Counted from the first letter of the stretch, positions 42,750 through 52,605 are shown. The stretch: 64,000 bases of DNA from an uncultured Candidatus Saccharibacteria bacterium (GCA_964602465.1 CAZRQQ010000001.1:253-64252); one strand, 5' to 3'. The notes: generated by a model from the letters alone, not told the origin. Numbers and translations are program-made.

Positions 42750-42768
42750 AATCCCCTTTCGGGGATTT
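42749..42768 (-). terminator. Intrinsic terminator of the DksA/TraR-like gene
   Basis: aaatcccc-tttc-ggggattt. Confidence 0.6.
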
Positions 42769-42780
42769 CAATTTCTCTAC

Positions 42781-43134
42781 TTACGCATTCATGTGTTCTT
42801 TGCAGGTACGGGCTGAAGGGTTGGCGTCGAGGCGGTTTTCTTCAATCTTTTTGCCGCAGATTTCGCATACCCCGTATTTGCCACCTTCGATTTTCGCAAG
42901 TGCGTTTTCGATATCGGTAAGTCGTGCCTGAAGGGTGGTCACCATACCTGAGCGACCTTCGAAATCTTCGAAACGGTCTGCTGCGTCGTTGTCGTCGATT
43001 TCGCCCATCATCTCTTGGTCAGGAGTTGCTTCCCAGATGTTGGTTTCGGTGTTGAAGATGGCGATACTCTTGAGCTCTTCCTCAAGGTTCGCTTTTTCTG
43101 CACTGAGCTTTTCTTTGTAGGTCGCTGTTTTCAT
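42781..43134 (-). CDS. DksA/TraR-family C4-type zinc-finger protein (117 aa)
   Basis: Coiled-coil N-terminus and CEICGKKIEENRLDANPSARTCKEH. Start trimmed to MKTATYKEK. The 261-aa ORF-track version overlaps the upstream gene. Confidence 0.75.
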   Translation of the reverse strand: MKTATYKEKLSAEKANLEEELKSIAIFNTETNIWEATPDQEMMGEIDDNDAADRFEDFEGRSGMVTTLQARLTDIENALAKIEGGKYGVCEICGKKIEENRLDANPSARTCKEHMNA

Positions 43135-43285
43135 TACCGGATATAGTAGCACGCCGGAGGGATTACACAAGTAAGGTTTTTGCACACGTTTGGCGCACCG
43201 CTTCCTACTCAACAGTGGTGTGAATTTCAACCGCAGGAACGAGGACTTTGAAATTACAAACTTCGTTGAGGGTCGAGTGTCTTTC

Positions 43286-44263
43286 TTACCTCTGTCGAAT
43301 GATCGTATCGTACACGGCTTTGAGTACGGTCGGATCAGTGGCAAGCACGATCGTGTTGTCAGTTGCGTAGCCGTAGTACAGGAGAATGGTCTGGACTTGG
43401 GTATCGATGTCGGTTGCAGTGAGGATGCGCACCGGTAAGTTGTACATGTATTTACTGACGAAACTCGTGCCGATGTCACTCGTGTTACTGGTGGTGGTGA
43501 TGTTGAGGGCAGGACGCACTTTCTCAAGGAGTGTCGGTTCGGCAATGAGAAATTCTTTGGTTGCAAGTTCAGGTGTCGGTGTCGAGAAGATAATAAACGG
43601 TGAGACTCGATCGCCAGTATTCATGACACCAAATCGCACGAGTGATATGGTCGCAAGAAACGGTTCTCCCAAATTCACTTTCATAAATGCGAGTGCTGAT
43701 TCTGGATCAAGAGCTGCTCGTGCAGCACTATCGCCAACGATCGGTACGACAAACGGTTTTCCTTCAGGGATGCTTTCGTTCGTAGTGAGGGACGCAACAC
43801 TTGTTTCGATAGTTGTGTCGCTTGCGACGATCGGTTCAAGACTTTGAAATACTCCTGCTGCTGGTCGAGGCGCAACCGATACCGTGAGATTGCGGTAGTA
43901 CCAGACGCCGTACGCTGCCGCACCAAGTGCAAGGAGAATGAGAATGATCCCGCCCGTCGTGTACCAACTGCGCTGATGATGCACGACCTCACGTTCTTTT
44001 TCGTACGCTTCCTTTTCGCGAGCCGTTTCGAGAAGTTCTTGGACAGCTTTTGCTTCTGTTGTGTCCATTGCACGTGCGAGATCAGACTGATACGTCTCCA
44101 CTGCCTTTGGGCGCTGTGGCTCATCTCTAGACTCTTGTACAGTTGGTATTTGCTGTCCAGGCTGCATCACCTGCGGTACAGGTTGCACTGGTTCAGGTTG
44201 TGGAGGTGTCTGTGGAACCTGTTCTGGATTTGACTGTGGAGTTGTAATGGGTGTATCAGGCAT
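43286..44263 (-). CDS. Hypothetical membrane protein with a Pro/Gln-rich N-terminus (325 aa)
   Basis: TM WYTTGGIILILLALGAAAYGVWYY. Starts 3 nt after the NYN gene stop. Confidence 0.55.
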   Translation of the reverse strand: MPDTPITTPQSNPEQVPQTPPQPEPVQPVPQVMQPGQQIPTVQESRDEPQRPKAVETYQSDLARAMDTTEAKAVQELLETAREKEAYEKEREVVHHQRSWYTTGGIILILLALGAAAYGVWYYRNLTVSVAPRPAAGVFQSLEPIVASDTTIETSVASLTTNESIPEGKPFVVPIVGDSAARAALDPESALAFMKVNLGEPFLATISLVRFGVMNTGDRVSPFIIFSTPTPELATKEFLIAEPTLLEKVRPALNITTTSNTSDIGTSFVSKYMYNLPVRILTATDIDTQVQTILLYYGYATDNTIVLATDPTVLKAVYDTIIRQR

Positions 44264-44266
44264 GGA

Positions 44267-44776
44267 TTAATAGCCGATCAAATACTTGCGTGAATGTTGG
44301 GACAGATCAAAGAAGTCGTCTGCTACAGCTTTGAGAGACGCGGATGCAGACTGGCCAAAGGTTGCGACTTCGACTTGGACGCCGTGGTGATATTTGAGGT
44401 AGTTGCACAGTGGCACAAAGTCGCCGTCGCCTGACACGATAATGATCGCATCGAGTTTGGGCGCCATCGATACACAGTCGATCGCAAGTCCAATGTCCCA
44501 GTCAGCCTTTTTGGAGCCGTCATAGAAAACTTGGAGGTCTTTGGATTTGGTTTCGATACCGTTTTTGATAAGCGCATCAAAGAACGCCCCTTCGTCATTG
44601 CTCTCAGTGGTGATCACGTACGCGATCGCACGAATTAGTTTGCGTCCCGCGAGCGCATCTTTGACGATGTTTGGGAAATTTACTTTTCTTTTATAAAGAT
44701 TTTTTGCGGTGTGATAGAGGTTTTGTGCATCGATAAATATGCCGACGCGCTGATCTTTTTGTTTGATAATTGCCAT
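44267..44776 (-). CDS. NYN-domain (LabA/DUF88-like) protein
   Basis: VGIFIDAQNLYH...IIIVSGDGDFVPLCNYL. Confidence 0.8.
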   Translation of the reverse strand: MAIIKQKDQRVGIFIDAQNLYHTAKNLYKRKVNFPNIVKDALAGRKLIRAIAYVITTESNDEGAFFDALIKNGIETKSKDLQVFYDGSKKADWDIGLAIDCVSMAPKLDAIIIVSGDGDFVPLCNYLKYHHGVQVEVATFGQSASASLKAVADDFFDLSQHSRKYLIGY

Positions 44777-44845
44777 ACAATATAAAAATAACTAATTACT
44801 AACGTATGAAAACGATGGTTCGGTGAACCACAAATGCAGTATAAC

Positions 44846-44874
44846 AAAACACCCCGACAATTCGGAGTGTTTTG
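44846..44874 (-). terminator. Intrinsic terminator of rpsO
   Basis: acaccccga-caat-tcggagtgt with a T run on the minus strand. Confidence 0.6.
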
Positions 44875-44877
44875 TGA

Positions 44878-45138
44878 TTATTCTTTGATCAACTTAAGCG
44901 CTGCTTTGTGCTGATCTGGGTTTGTCTTCTCGAGCACTTTGAGATGTCCTCGTCGATCGGCGACCATCTTGATGAGACCGCGTCGTGAGTGATTATCTTT
45001 CTTGTGCTTTTTGAGGTGGGTTGCGAGCAAATCAATCTTTTCGGTGAGCATCGCTACTTGCACTTTCTTAGAACCTGTGTCTTTGGCATGCGTCTGGTGC
45101 TTTTTGATGATTGTCTGCTTTTTCTTGGTCGTTAACAT
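44878..45138 (-). CDS. rpsO: 30S ribosomal protein S15
   Basis: [53 protein letters not shown]. Start trimmed (86 aa). Confidence 0.9.
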   Translation of the reverse strand: MLTTKKKQTIIKKHQTHAKDTGSKKVQVAMLTEKIDLLATHLKKHKKDNHSRRGLIKMVADRRGHLKVLEKTNPDQHKAALKLIKE

Positions 45139-45383
45139 AGCTTTTAGATCATAACACATGGGCCTAAAAAAAGCAAGCCTTTGGATATAGAATGGATTGA
45201 CCAGAATATACGGCACATTATATACTTCTATCCAGATGAAAAACACATCCGGCATGGCTGCCTTAGAGGCCACTGACTAGAAAAATAACGGGTTTCACCT
45301 TTAAAACCTCCCTATTCATTGTAGGGAGGCATTTTTATTCTATAAGTATGTCGCACAATATTTCTACGCTATACTTCTTTGTA

Positions 45384-46304
45384 ATGGCGTCCCGACTCGA
45401 ACAACTCAAGACTGAATTTTTGGAGCACATCGAGATCGAAAAGGGTCGCGCGCTCAAGACGGTTGAAAACTATGACCACTATATTTCCCGATATCTCGAG
45501 TTTTCTAAGGCTAAAGAACCCAAAGATATCACGAGTACCTCGGTCCGAGAGTTTCGTCTCTGGCTCAATCGTCAGTCTATGGGCAACAACCGTGCAACTG
45601 GCAAGACTGTCTCGCGCAAAACCCAAAACTACTACATGATCGCACTCCGAGTCTTTCTCAAGTACCTCACTCGCCAAAAGATCGACTCGATGTCTGCTGA
45701 AGAGATCGACCTTGCCAAAGTCCCTGAGCGACACCTTGACCTCATTTCAGAAAGCGAGCTTTCTCGCCTCCTCAAATCTTCGCCTGGTGACGATATCCAG
45801 TCATTGCGCAACAGGGCGATCCTCGAGCTGCTCTTCTCTACCGGACTGCGAGTATCTGAGCTCTGCGCACTCACCAACGACATCGACTTTAGCCAGGGAG
45901 AATTCTCCATCCGCGGCAAGGGCGGCAAGATCCGCGTCGTCTTTGTCTCAGAAGAGGCGCGCGAAACGATCAAAAAGTACCTCAAGCTTCGCAAAGACAT
46001 GTCAGATGCTCTCTTTGTGCAAATCGGGAGCGAGCTTAGGGATACTGGGGATGTGAAGCCGCTTGCTCGTCGCTCCATTGAACGCATCGTGAAGCAATGT
46101 GCCGTCAAAGCAGGCATTTCTCGCAAAGTCACCCCACACGTCATTCGTCACTGCTTTGCGACCGACCTTCTCTCCAACGGCGCCGACATCCGCTCCGTCC
46201 AAATGATGCTTGGTCATGCAAACATCGCCACCACCCAAATCTATACCCACGTCACCGACGCCAAACTTCGTGAAGTCCACAAAAAATTTCACTCCAAACG
46301 ATAA
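45384..46304 (+). CDS. Tyrosine recombinase XerC/XerD family
   Basis: RNRAILELLFSTGLRVSEL, HVIRHCFATDLL, GHANIATTQIYTHV. Start trimmed to MASRLEQL, with TATACT 8 nt upstream. Confidence 0.85.
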   Translation: MASRLEQLKTEFLEHIEIEKGRALKTVENYDHYISRYLEFSKAKEPKDITSTSVREFRLWLNRQSMGNNRATGKTVSRKTQNYYMIALRVFLKYLTRQKIDSMSAEEIDLAKVPERHLDLISESELSRLLKSSPGDDIQSLRNRAILELLFSTGLRVSELCALTNDIDFSQGEFSIRGKGGKIRVVFVSEEARETIKKYLKLRKDMSDALFVQIGSELRDTGDVKPLARRSIERIVKQCAVKAGISRKVTPHVIRHCFATDLLSNGADIRSVQMMLGHANIATTQIYTHVTDAKLREVHKKFHSKR

Positions 46305-46533
46305 CGCAGAGTTATACACAGTTGTGTACTTGTTTGGATATTGATACAATAATTTCAGAAGTTTAGTTTTTTCCAACTCAATATCTGATCGCAACGACCA
46401 TCATGTCGTTCCAAAGCACTCGGTGCATCCATCGTATTTGATGAGTAGTACACAAACAAAACCAACCAGATGTTCTTTGACTTCTTAATCTCCAAATTTA
46501 TGCTCTAAAACACATAAATTCTCCAACATATTT

Positions 46534-46570
46534 AAACCCCTTCCTTATAATTTGAAGGGGTTTTTCTTTT
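46534..46570 (+). terminator. Orphan intrinsic terminator in the 410-nt gap after the recombinase gene
   Basis: aaaccccttc-N10-gaaggggttt followed by a T run. No annotated ORF ends here. Confidence 0.55.
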
Positions 46571-46647
46571 GCAAAAACCCTTAGAAATAAAGGTTTTTAT
46601 ATATTGACCCAGCAGTAGATCCGCTTGAAAACGGGCTTACTACTAGG

Positions 46648-46676
46648 TTGACAAAAATATATTTATATGCTATTAT
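46648..46676 (+). promoter_or_regulatory. Canonical promoter TTGACA-N17-TATTAT
   Basis: -35 at 46648..46653 and -10 at 46671..46676. About 40-nt leader to ATG 46716. Confidence 0.55.
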
Positions 46677-46715
46677 ATACACATAACCTAGTTTTTTAAC
46701 ACAAACAAATAATCA

Positions 46716-47798
46716 ATGAAAAAAGCAATCTTCGCACTCATGTGCACACTGTTTTGTTTTATGGCAATTACTGCTCAGAACCTTACCAACAACGAGGTAT
46801 CCTCGATTATCTCAATGAGTAAAGAGGCAAATACCAAAAACGGTATTGTAAACCCTGATGTAATCCAGCCAGGCCAGACACTCACATTCCTATTTCAGGA
46901 TGGAAGTGAGGCTGCTATTTTGGTAGAAGCAGGCGACAGTCAGTGGAAAATTTTGAAAGGCAGTTTATCTAGACTTCAAAAAATCCATGGCCCCGTTGTT
47001 TCTTATCCTGATGGTCAAGCGGAAGACAAAGTTGTTGAAAACACACCGCCAGTCGTATCAGGTTCTACTAAATCAGATTGGAATATACCTATCTGGGTTT
47101 GGTGTGTATTTGCCGCTATCGTTGTAACTGCTTTGATTGTTTCAAATATCAGAGAAGCAGCAGCGAAAAAGAAAAAGATTCACAGTGATCCGGTAACATC
47201 AGGCACACCTATGAAACCCGGTGGAGTGCGTTCCAGTGAAGCATTTACCTATGCAGGTCAGGTTGCAAATCGAACGTTCAACAATCAAACCTTTACTGTT
47301 ACTGGTATTGAAAAAGGAATGATTTCAGGAAAAAACCTTACCGTGTATTATGCCGGTGAACCAAACGGTCAACGCAAAACGTTCACCAATGTTCCTGGAT
47401 ACCGCGGCAGGGTCAATCTTAACGGTACAGAGCAATTCGTATACTTTCTGCAAGGTTGTGGAAACGATGTACGTTCTGGACAGTTTCACACAGGAGATGA
47501 AATTCAATTTGTTCCTGATGTGACACAGGCATCTGAAATAGTGGAAGCAAATACAAGTGCGCAACGGCAACAGGTTATCGCTCAAACAAAAGGCGAAACA
47601 CCGGACAATGGAATCGCAAATATTGCCCCAGTTGTGACTGCACTTGTTGCTCCGATGAATGGTAAAGATTGCGGCAAATTCACTATCAAAAATGAAGGAG
47701 ATGGTAAATTTACCATCGAAATGTCCTTTGGTATGAAAGATGTGACATCGAACAATGAGGTTAAAGAAGAATTAAAGAGCGAAGTGAAACACTCCTAA
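46716..47798 (+). CDS. Secreted/membrane hypothetical protein (360 aa)
   Basis: Signal peptide MKKAIFALMCTLFCFMAITAQ and an internal TM IWVWCVFAAIVVTALIV. Confidence 0.55.
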   Translation: MKKAIFALMCTLFCFMAITAQNLTNNEVSSIISMSKEANTKNGIVNPDVIQPGQTLTFLFQDGSEAAILVEAGDSQWKILKGSLSRLQKIHGPVVSYPDGQAEDKVVENTPPVVSGSTKSDWNIPIWVWCVFAAIVVTALIVSNIREAAAKKKKIHSDPVTSGTPMKPGGVRSSEAFTYAGQVANRTFNNQTFTVTGIEKGMISGKNLTVYYAGEPNGQRKTFTNVPGYRGRVNLNGTEQFVYFLQGCGNDVRSGQFHTGDEIQFVPDVTQASEIVEANTSAQRQQVIAQTKGETPDNGIANIAPVVTALVAPMNGKDCGKFTIKNEGDGKFTIEMSFGMKDVTSNNEVKEELKSEVKHS

Positions 47799-47817
47799 AT
47801 TTTTCCTCTGAACTCAC

Positions 47818-47849
47818 AATCCCCTTGCATTACTGCGGGGGATTTTTTA
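47818..47849 (+). terminator. Intrinsic terminator
   Basis: aatcccc-N13-ggggatt followed by tttttt. Confidence 0.6.
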
Positions 47850-47850
47850 T

Positions 47851-47879
47851 TTGACAATATAGTAAAAATAGTGTATTAT
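47851..47879 (+). promoter_or_regulatory. Canonical promoter TTGACA-N17-TATTAT
   Basis: -35 at 47851..47856 and -10 at 47874..47879. Same design as 46648..46676. Confidence 0.55.
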
Positions 47880-47903
47880 AAATACAAACAAAACTTTAAG
47901 AAA

Positions 47904-48269
47904 ATGAAAAGAATATGCGCAATGTTGCACATGGTGTTCTGCAGTATGATAGCTCAGGCACAGCAAATAAAGACCTACACTCCGGATCGTATAATCTATA
48001 GCCTCGATACGACTATGTCAGTAGATAGCCTAAGTCTGTATATTGATATGGATAAGGATCATCGCCAAACGGTATTTATCACCGGTCCCGGTGCCAAGAA
48101 AATACTTGAGGTGGTAAAAAAGGCGAAATGTGAAGATATTGAAGTTACCTGTTTGGATGACTTCATTATCAAAATTATACGGAAGCCCTTTTTAATAAGA
48201 AAAAAAATTATTGCAGGTTTCACTATATTTAAGGCAACGCCGCCTGGTAATGATTATCGAACGTATTAG
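47904..48269 (+). CDS. Secreted hypothetical protein (121 aa)
   Basis: Signal peptide MKRICAMLHMVFCSMIAQAQ. Start trimmed because the ORF-track GTG lies inside the -10 box. Confidence 0.5.
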   Translation: MKRICAMLHMVFCSMIAQAQQIKTYTPDRIIYSLDTTMSVDSLSLYIDMDKDHRQTVFITGPGAKKILEVVKKAKCEDIEVTCLDDFIIKIIRKPFLIRKKIIAGFTIFKATPPGNDYRTY

Positions 48270-48358
48270 GTCACACACATGATAGTCCTCTTCGAACGAA
48301 GGGGGCTTTTTACTTGTCTCGCCGAAGCAAGCGAAGGCGGATCTGGTATAGTACTCAG

Positions 48359-49129
48359 ATGAGAATCGTATCGTGGAACACCAACGGCATTCGTGCGACA
48401 TACAAACAAGGGCACTTTGATCCCCTCTTTCGTGACTATGATCCTGATATAGTGTGCTTGCAGGAAACCAAAGCGACGCGTGAGCAGCTTCCGGCAGAAG
48501 TTGCGGAAGTATTTGGCTATGACTTTTATATTGTTTCTCCGACGATCAAGAAGGGCTACTCAGGTGTGAGTGTCCATACGCGTGAGCAGCCGATCAAAGT
48601 GACCTATGGGATAGGTATGCCAGGACTTGATGATGAAGGCCGCACGATCACGTGTGAATATGAACATTTCTACCTCATCAACTGCTACTTCCCCAACGGC
48701 GGCGGTGCACCTGAGCGACTCGAGTACAAACTTGCCTTTTATGAACAATTTTTGAAATACGTCACAGCGCTTGAGAAAAAGAAACCAGTGATCTGGTGTG
48801 GTGATGTGAATGTCGCGCACACCGAGATCGATCTTGCGCGCCCTAAAGAAAATGTGACTCACGTCGGCTTCCTTCCCGTCGAACGTGCATGGATGGACAA
48901 AGTAGTACAGAAAGGCTGGATCGATGTATTTCGTCATTTCAATCCTGATGCGCGTGACGTGTATACGTACTGGGATCAATACTCCCACGCCCGTGAACGT
49001 AATGTCGGCTGGCGTATCGACTATTTCTTTGTGTCTCCAAAGCTTATCGACAAGGTCCAGAAGTTCGAAACTCTCTCCGACTACTACGGAAGCGACCACT
49101 GCCCCATTTTGCTTGAGATAGATCTATAA
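48359..49129 (+). CDS. xth: Exodeoxyribonuclease III
   Basis: MRIVSWNTNGIR, CLQETK, WCGDVNVAH, YWDQYSHARERNVGWRIDY, SDHCP. TATAGT lies 6 nt before the ATG. Confidence 0.9.
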   Translation: MRIVSWNTNGIRATYKQGHFDPLFRDYDPDIVCLQETKATREQLPAEVAEVFGYDFYIVSPTIKKGYSGVSVHTREQPIKVTYGIGMPGLDDEGRTITCEYEHFYLINCYFPNGGGAPERLEYKLAFYEQFLKYVTALEKKKPVIWCGDVNVAHTEIDLARPKENVTHVGFLPVERAWMDKVVQKGWIDVFRHFNPDARDVYTYWDQYSHARERNVGWRIDYFFVSPKLIDKVQKFETLSDYYGSDHCPILLEIDL

Positions 49130-49176
49130 CTTGCTTTTTGGTGTATATATGGTATTATGGCGCAAAACAACCCATT

Positions 49177-49383
49177 ATGAACCTTCAGATAACACGCCAA
49201 TTTGCAGATGGCGCAAAAGAAAACACTGCACACCGGCTTCCTCTGTCAGCGCATTTCCCATCATCACTTCTGTTTCCCCGAGTTGAAGAATTTGAAGAGG
49301 GTTTCTATTCACCTCCACCAGAACCAAAGAAAGAGGCAAAAGTGATCCCTTTGTGGGAAAAGTTATTCAAAAAAATTTTTTAA
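49177..49383 (+). CDS. Hypothetical protein (68 aa; weak)
   Basis: ATG at 49177 downstream of TATTAT. No motif. Confidence 0.3.
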   Translation: MNLQITRQFADGAKENTAHRLPLSAHFPSSLLFPRVEEFEEGFYSPPPEPKKEAKVIPLWEKLFKKIF

Positions 49384-49470
49384 CCAAAACAAACTGGCTC
49401 CTCTCAAACGGGAGCCTTCGTATTTGTGCTCTTTGGAAAAAGGAGTACACTGGCAAAAAACGGAGGTACT

Positions 49471-49593
49471 ATGAAAAATGAACAGCAAAACCTATTTGAT
49501 TTTGGAAAATGTTGGCGGCATATTTCTGATCAATCATATCCTGAAGAACAAACCGTCTTTTTCCGCATGGCAATAGCCGAAGCTTCTAAGTGA
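49471..49593 (+). CDS. Mini-ORF (40 aa) with a strong Shine-Dalgarno sequence
   Basis: GGAGG lies 4 nt before the ATG. MKNEQQNLFDFGKCWRHISDQSYPEEQTVFFRMAIAEASK. Below the ORF-track cutoff. Confidence 0.3.
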   Translation: MKNEQQNLFDFGKCWRHISDQSYPEEQTVFFRMAIAEASK

Positions 49594-49866
49594 AGATATG
49601 AATACAAAAATATTTTTCGTATTCATAAAATAGATTTTCCAGTAAAGGCAGGACTACTGGTTGCGCTTACATTAGAAATGTCTTCATGTTTACTGGCCAC
49701 ACTTAGTTCGATGTGGGATGCTTATCAGATATATAAATACCCAAAGCGCCAAAAGGAAAAACTCAGAGTGCTTATTGAAAAAGTTGAACAGGAATTTGTT
49801 TTCTATAGTTCAATTAACGATTTCCATGAACGTGCATTATTAAATTAAATTTTTTACCAAATAAAA

Positions 49867-49896
49867 CCCCCGCATGTTGTGCGGGGTGAATTTTTT
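49867..49896 (+). terminator. Intrinsic terminator
   Basis: ccccgca-tgttg-tgcgggg followed by tttttt. Confidence 0.6.
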
Positions 49897-50238
49897 AGAA
49901 TGATTCAGCAATTTTAATGGTTAGTTGTACTGCAAATACGGGATCACGATATTTAACATATAGAATTGCCTGACTAACGATTCTTTTGATCATGGATGTG
50001 CATTTGCATGCAGTATAGCATTTCCTGTTCGTTACGCGGTCCTTTTGACAGAAGCGAAAACGGCATTTCCTTTGTTTTTGAATACACTCTTTTTGCGTAA
50101 TTTCCGAAGTCTTTTTCGGATTTTTTTGTGTTTACTCATATAGAACAAATTTGATCCGATTGAGTAAAGCAAATTTCCTACTTCTTGGCTAGGTCTTGCT
50201 TAGACATCCGATGTCTATACAGAGGTTCAACCTCTGGG

Positions 50239-51066
50239 CTACTTAGCAGCAAAAAAGTATGGCGCAAAGAGTTTTTTCAGTTTCGCTGCCTTCCGCGCAT
50301 TTCTTGAGATCGTGAGCTTGGTCTTGCCGTTGGCGACGAGCGCTTGGAGTGCGGAAATGATACTTTCATCAAACGTTTGTGTCTTTTTATAGAGTTCATC
50401 TACGTTCTTTGCGGTTTCTGAGTCAATTGATGCCTCGATGATATATGTTCCAAAGATGTTGAGATAATAATTTCCTTTTTCAAAGAGTGGCTTCTCGAGT
50501 GTATGGTATTGGAGGTATGTTCCATCAAAAAACCGTTTCGCATACGCGTCGATAGGATCACTGTTTCCAATCAAGAGCCAGAGCTGCTGGCCTTGATCTT
50601 TGAGTGTATTGAAAAGATGTAGTTCGCTTTCCTGTCGGACAAGGATAAACCATTCGTGCGGGTTGTAGATATAGATCGGTTCATGTGTCGTACCTGCAAG
50701 CACATCAAATGCATGTCCCCAAAACCGATCTGCTTCATGCGGGCTTTTGAATGCATAACTGATCTTGTCACCATCTTGCAAATTGAGGAAATCCACCCCT
50801 TCGGTCCGCACTCCATACCGCTCCTGCGCTCGCGCAAAGAAATCCGACATCTTGCCCAGCCAGACGTTTGAAAGCGAAAACTGCGTCCCGTGCTTTACGA
50901 CGACTTCTTCGGCGATCAGGCGGCGCAGGACAACATAGAGCGCTTGTTTGGTGAGTGTTTTCTTAATGACCCGAGCTGATTCTAGTAACTGTGTCCCAGA
51001 AGCCGCCTTCCCTGCCAAAGTCGCGATAACTGCCTCCTCTACCGTGCTCGCCTTATCAAAATCCAT
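50239..51066 (-). CDS. TrmB-like winged-helix protein, paralogue of 7245..8060
   Basis: See the shared blocks listed at 7245..8060. Start trimmed to MDFDKAST. Confidence 0.6.
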   Translation of the reverse strand: MDFDKASTVEEAVIATLAGKAASGTQLLESARVIKKTLTKQALYVVLRRLIAEEVVVKHGTQFSLSNVWLGKMSDFFARAQERYGVRTEGVDFLNLQDGDKISYAFKSPHEADRFWGHAFDVLAGTTHEPIYIYNPHEWFILVRQESELHLFNTLKDQGQQLWLLIGNSDPIDAYAKRFFDGTYLQYHTLEKPLFEKGNYYLNIFGTYIIEASIDSETAKNVDELYKKTQTFDESIISALQALVANGKTKLTISRNARKAAKLKKLFAPYFFAAK

Positions 51067-51252
51067 ACACCATCCTAGCAAAACTACTTATAAAAGTAAA
51101 ATAATTTTTTACAAATATACCCAAAAACCCTTATATTTTGACATTTTATATAAAATAATGCATAATGTTGGCAAGATACAGTACCTTGAGATTGGTTCTT
51201 AGGTCTGTAGTGTGATTCGGCCGAACACATTACATAACTTAAAACCAAATAT

Positions 51253-52053
51253 ATGAAACTTATCATTATCGGAGGCGTTACTGGATCTATAGGTCAAGAA
51301 ATCCTTAGAAAATATCTGCTTGAGAAAGAAACCTTGATCTATGGTATCTCAAGAAAAGGTGTTTCTATGAACGACTTCCCTACACTCCCCAATCACAATC
51401 TGATTGTTGGAGTAGATCTTGGAAACGCAGCTTCTATAAGCGAATTTGTTTCCAAGATTCCTGTACAGCACTACGACAGTATCTCCTACTTCCACCTAGT
51501 TGGTGAATTCAAAACTGAAATAACCGAGGGGTTTGAGGTTTTGGTTCAGAACGATGTGGATGGAGATGGGATCGATGACACAGTGTATGGATTGGTAGCG
51601 AAAGCATATCAAGATATGGTCTCCGGACTTATCGAGATTGCTGTAGCTAGCAATGCCTCACTCAAAGTAGCATCATTCGGCTCTCTTGCTGATGTACATG
51701 ATATACCTTGCTTCCAGTCATTCAGGAAGTCTCGCGAAATTGTGAAAGCATTTTCAAGCGAGATCGTTCGGAAGTATCCGACGGCAAGTTTTTATCTGTT
51801 CAATACCAGCACGATCCTTTCTGCGGATGAAATGCTTGAGCGGCCATTTATATTTTCAACAAACGTCGATCCGACCTATTGGATCACCCCATCAGAACTT
51901 GTTGAAAAGGCGCTTAGCTTCATGGGCTCCAGCAATGGAATCTTTGAGCGAGATATCTATCTCGCAAATCCCCAGTTTGCCGATGACTACTTCGATCCAA
52001 CTGTCACTCTCAGGAGAAGAGTGCAGGAGCTGTACAACACAAAAATCTCCTAA
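51253..52053 (+). CDS. NAD(P)-binding Rossmann-fold protein (SDR-like)
   Basis: N-terminal MKLIIIGGVTGSIGQEI glycine-rich motif. Confidence 0.55.
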   Translation: MKLIIIGGVTGSIGQEILRKYLLEKETLIYGISRKGVSMNDFPTLPNHNLIVGVDLGNAASISEFVSKIPVQHYDSISYFHLVGEFKTEITEGFEVLVQNDVDGDGIDDTVYGLVAKAYQDMVSGLIEIAVASNASLKVASFGSLADVHDIPCFQSFRKSREIVKAFSSEIVRKYPTASFYLFNTSTILSADEMLERPFIFSTNVDPTYWITPSELVEKALSFMGSSNGIFERDIYLANPQFADDYFDPTVTLRRRVQELYNTKIS

Positions 52054-52156
52054 AGGAAAACGGGCCAGCCTACTAGTAAAATCGGCCCACATTATTCAGC
52101 CCATCAATGCCGGTGGTCTGATTGTGAAAAAAATTGTTCATTTAAAAATTAAATAT

Positions 52157-52528
52157 ATGGAAAAGAATATAAAATCTTTTAAAAAAGATATTGTAATAGA
52201 TGCACTTCCCTATTTTGCAGTACTGTGGTTAGTGATTAGTCTTGTTATTTCATTAGTCCAACAAGATTTGCGATGGATCGGTAGCGGTATGTTCTGCTTT
52301 GGTGTTTTTTATTTTGGGACGATGACAGTGCTGGCAATCAAAAAATTTGATTCCAAGATTTGGATTTTGGATAAGTACAGTAATGTAGTATTCATTGTCG
52401 TATTAGGTATTTTTTCATTACTTATTTCTTTGTATGGTACCGCCCTATTTCTCCATCACTATGATATTGATGGACTAATAGATCTCTATGTCAGATTTGG
52501 TCATTGGATTCAGAAGTACTTACCTTGA
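52157..52528 (+). CDS. Membrane protein (123 aa, about four TM helices)
   Basis: Start at MEKNIKSF. The ORF-track 51827 start overlaps the previous gene out of context. Confidence 0.5.
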   Translation: MEKNIKSFKKDIVIDALPYFAVLWLVISLVISLVQQDLRWIGSGMFCFGVFYFGTMTVLAIKKFDSKIWILDKYSNVVFIVVLGIFSLLISLYGTALFLHHYDIDGLIDLYVRFGHWIQKYLP

Positions 52529-52550
52529 TTGAATGTACAGCTAAAAAATC

Positions 52551-52580
52551 AAAAACCGACCATTACTGGCCGGTTTTTTT
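52551..52580. terminator. Bidirectional terminator, AAAACCGACC family
   Basis: aaaaaccgacc-attact-ggccggttttttt at a convergent junction. Confidence 0.7.
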
Positions 52581-52605
52581 ATTTAGACCTCCGGCGTTTC
52601 AGTGG

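Noticed and set aside
42781-43566. The 261-aa ORF-track protein, and similar long N-terminal extensions at 2950..4044, 4099..5463, 44878..45273, 62315..62818 and 62718..63584.
   Set aside because: The extensions are low-complexity, overlap neighbouring genes, promoters or terminators, and precede conserved N-terminal motifs. An internal ATG with a -10 box 6 to 10 nt upstream explains each gene better.
50032-50139. A 35-aa Lys/Arg-rich minus-strand mini-ORF (MSKHKKIRKRLRKLRKK..) and a 32-aa ORF at 49895..49993, as possible toxin or ribosomal-like peptides.
   Set aside because: There is no SD or correctly spaced -10 box, the sequences are not hydrophobic like type I toxins, and no homology is recognisable. 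They are kept only as part of the gene-poor region finding.
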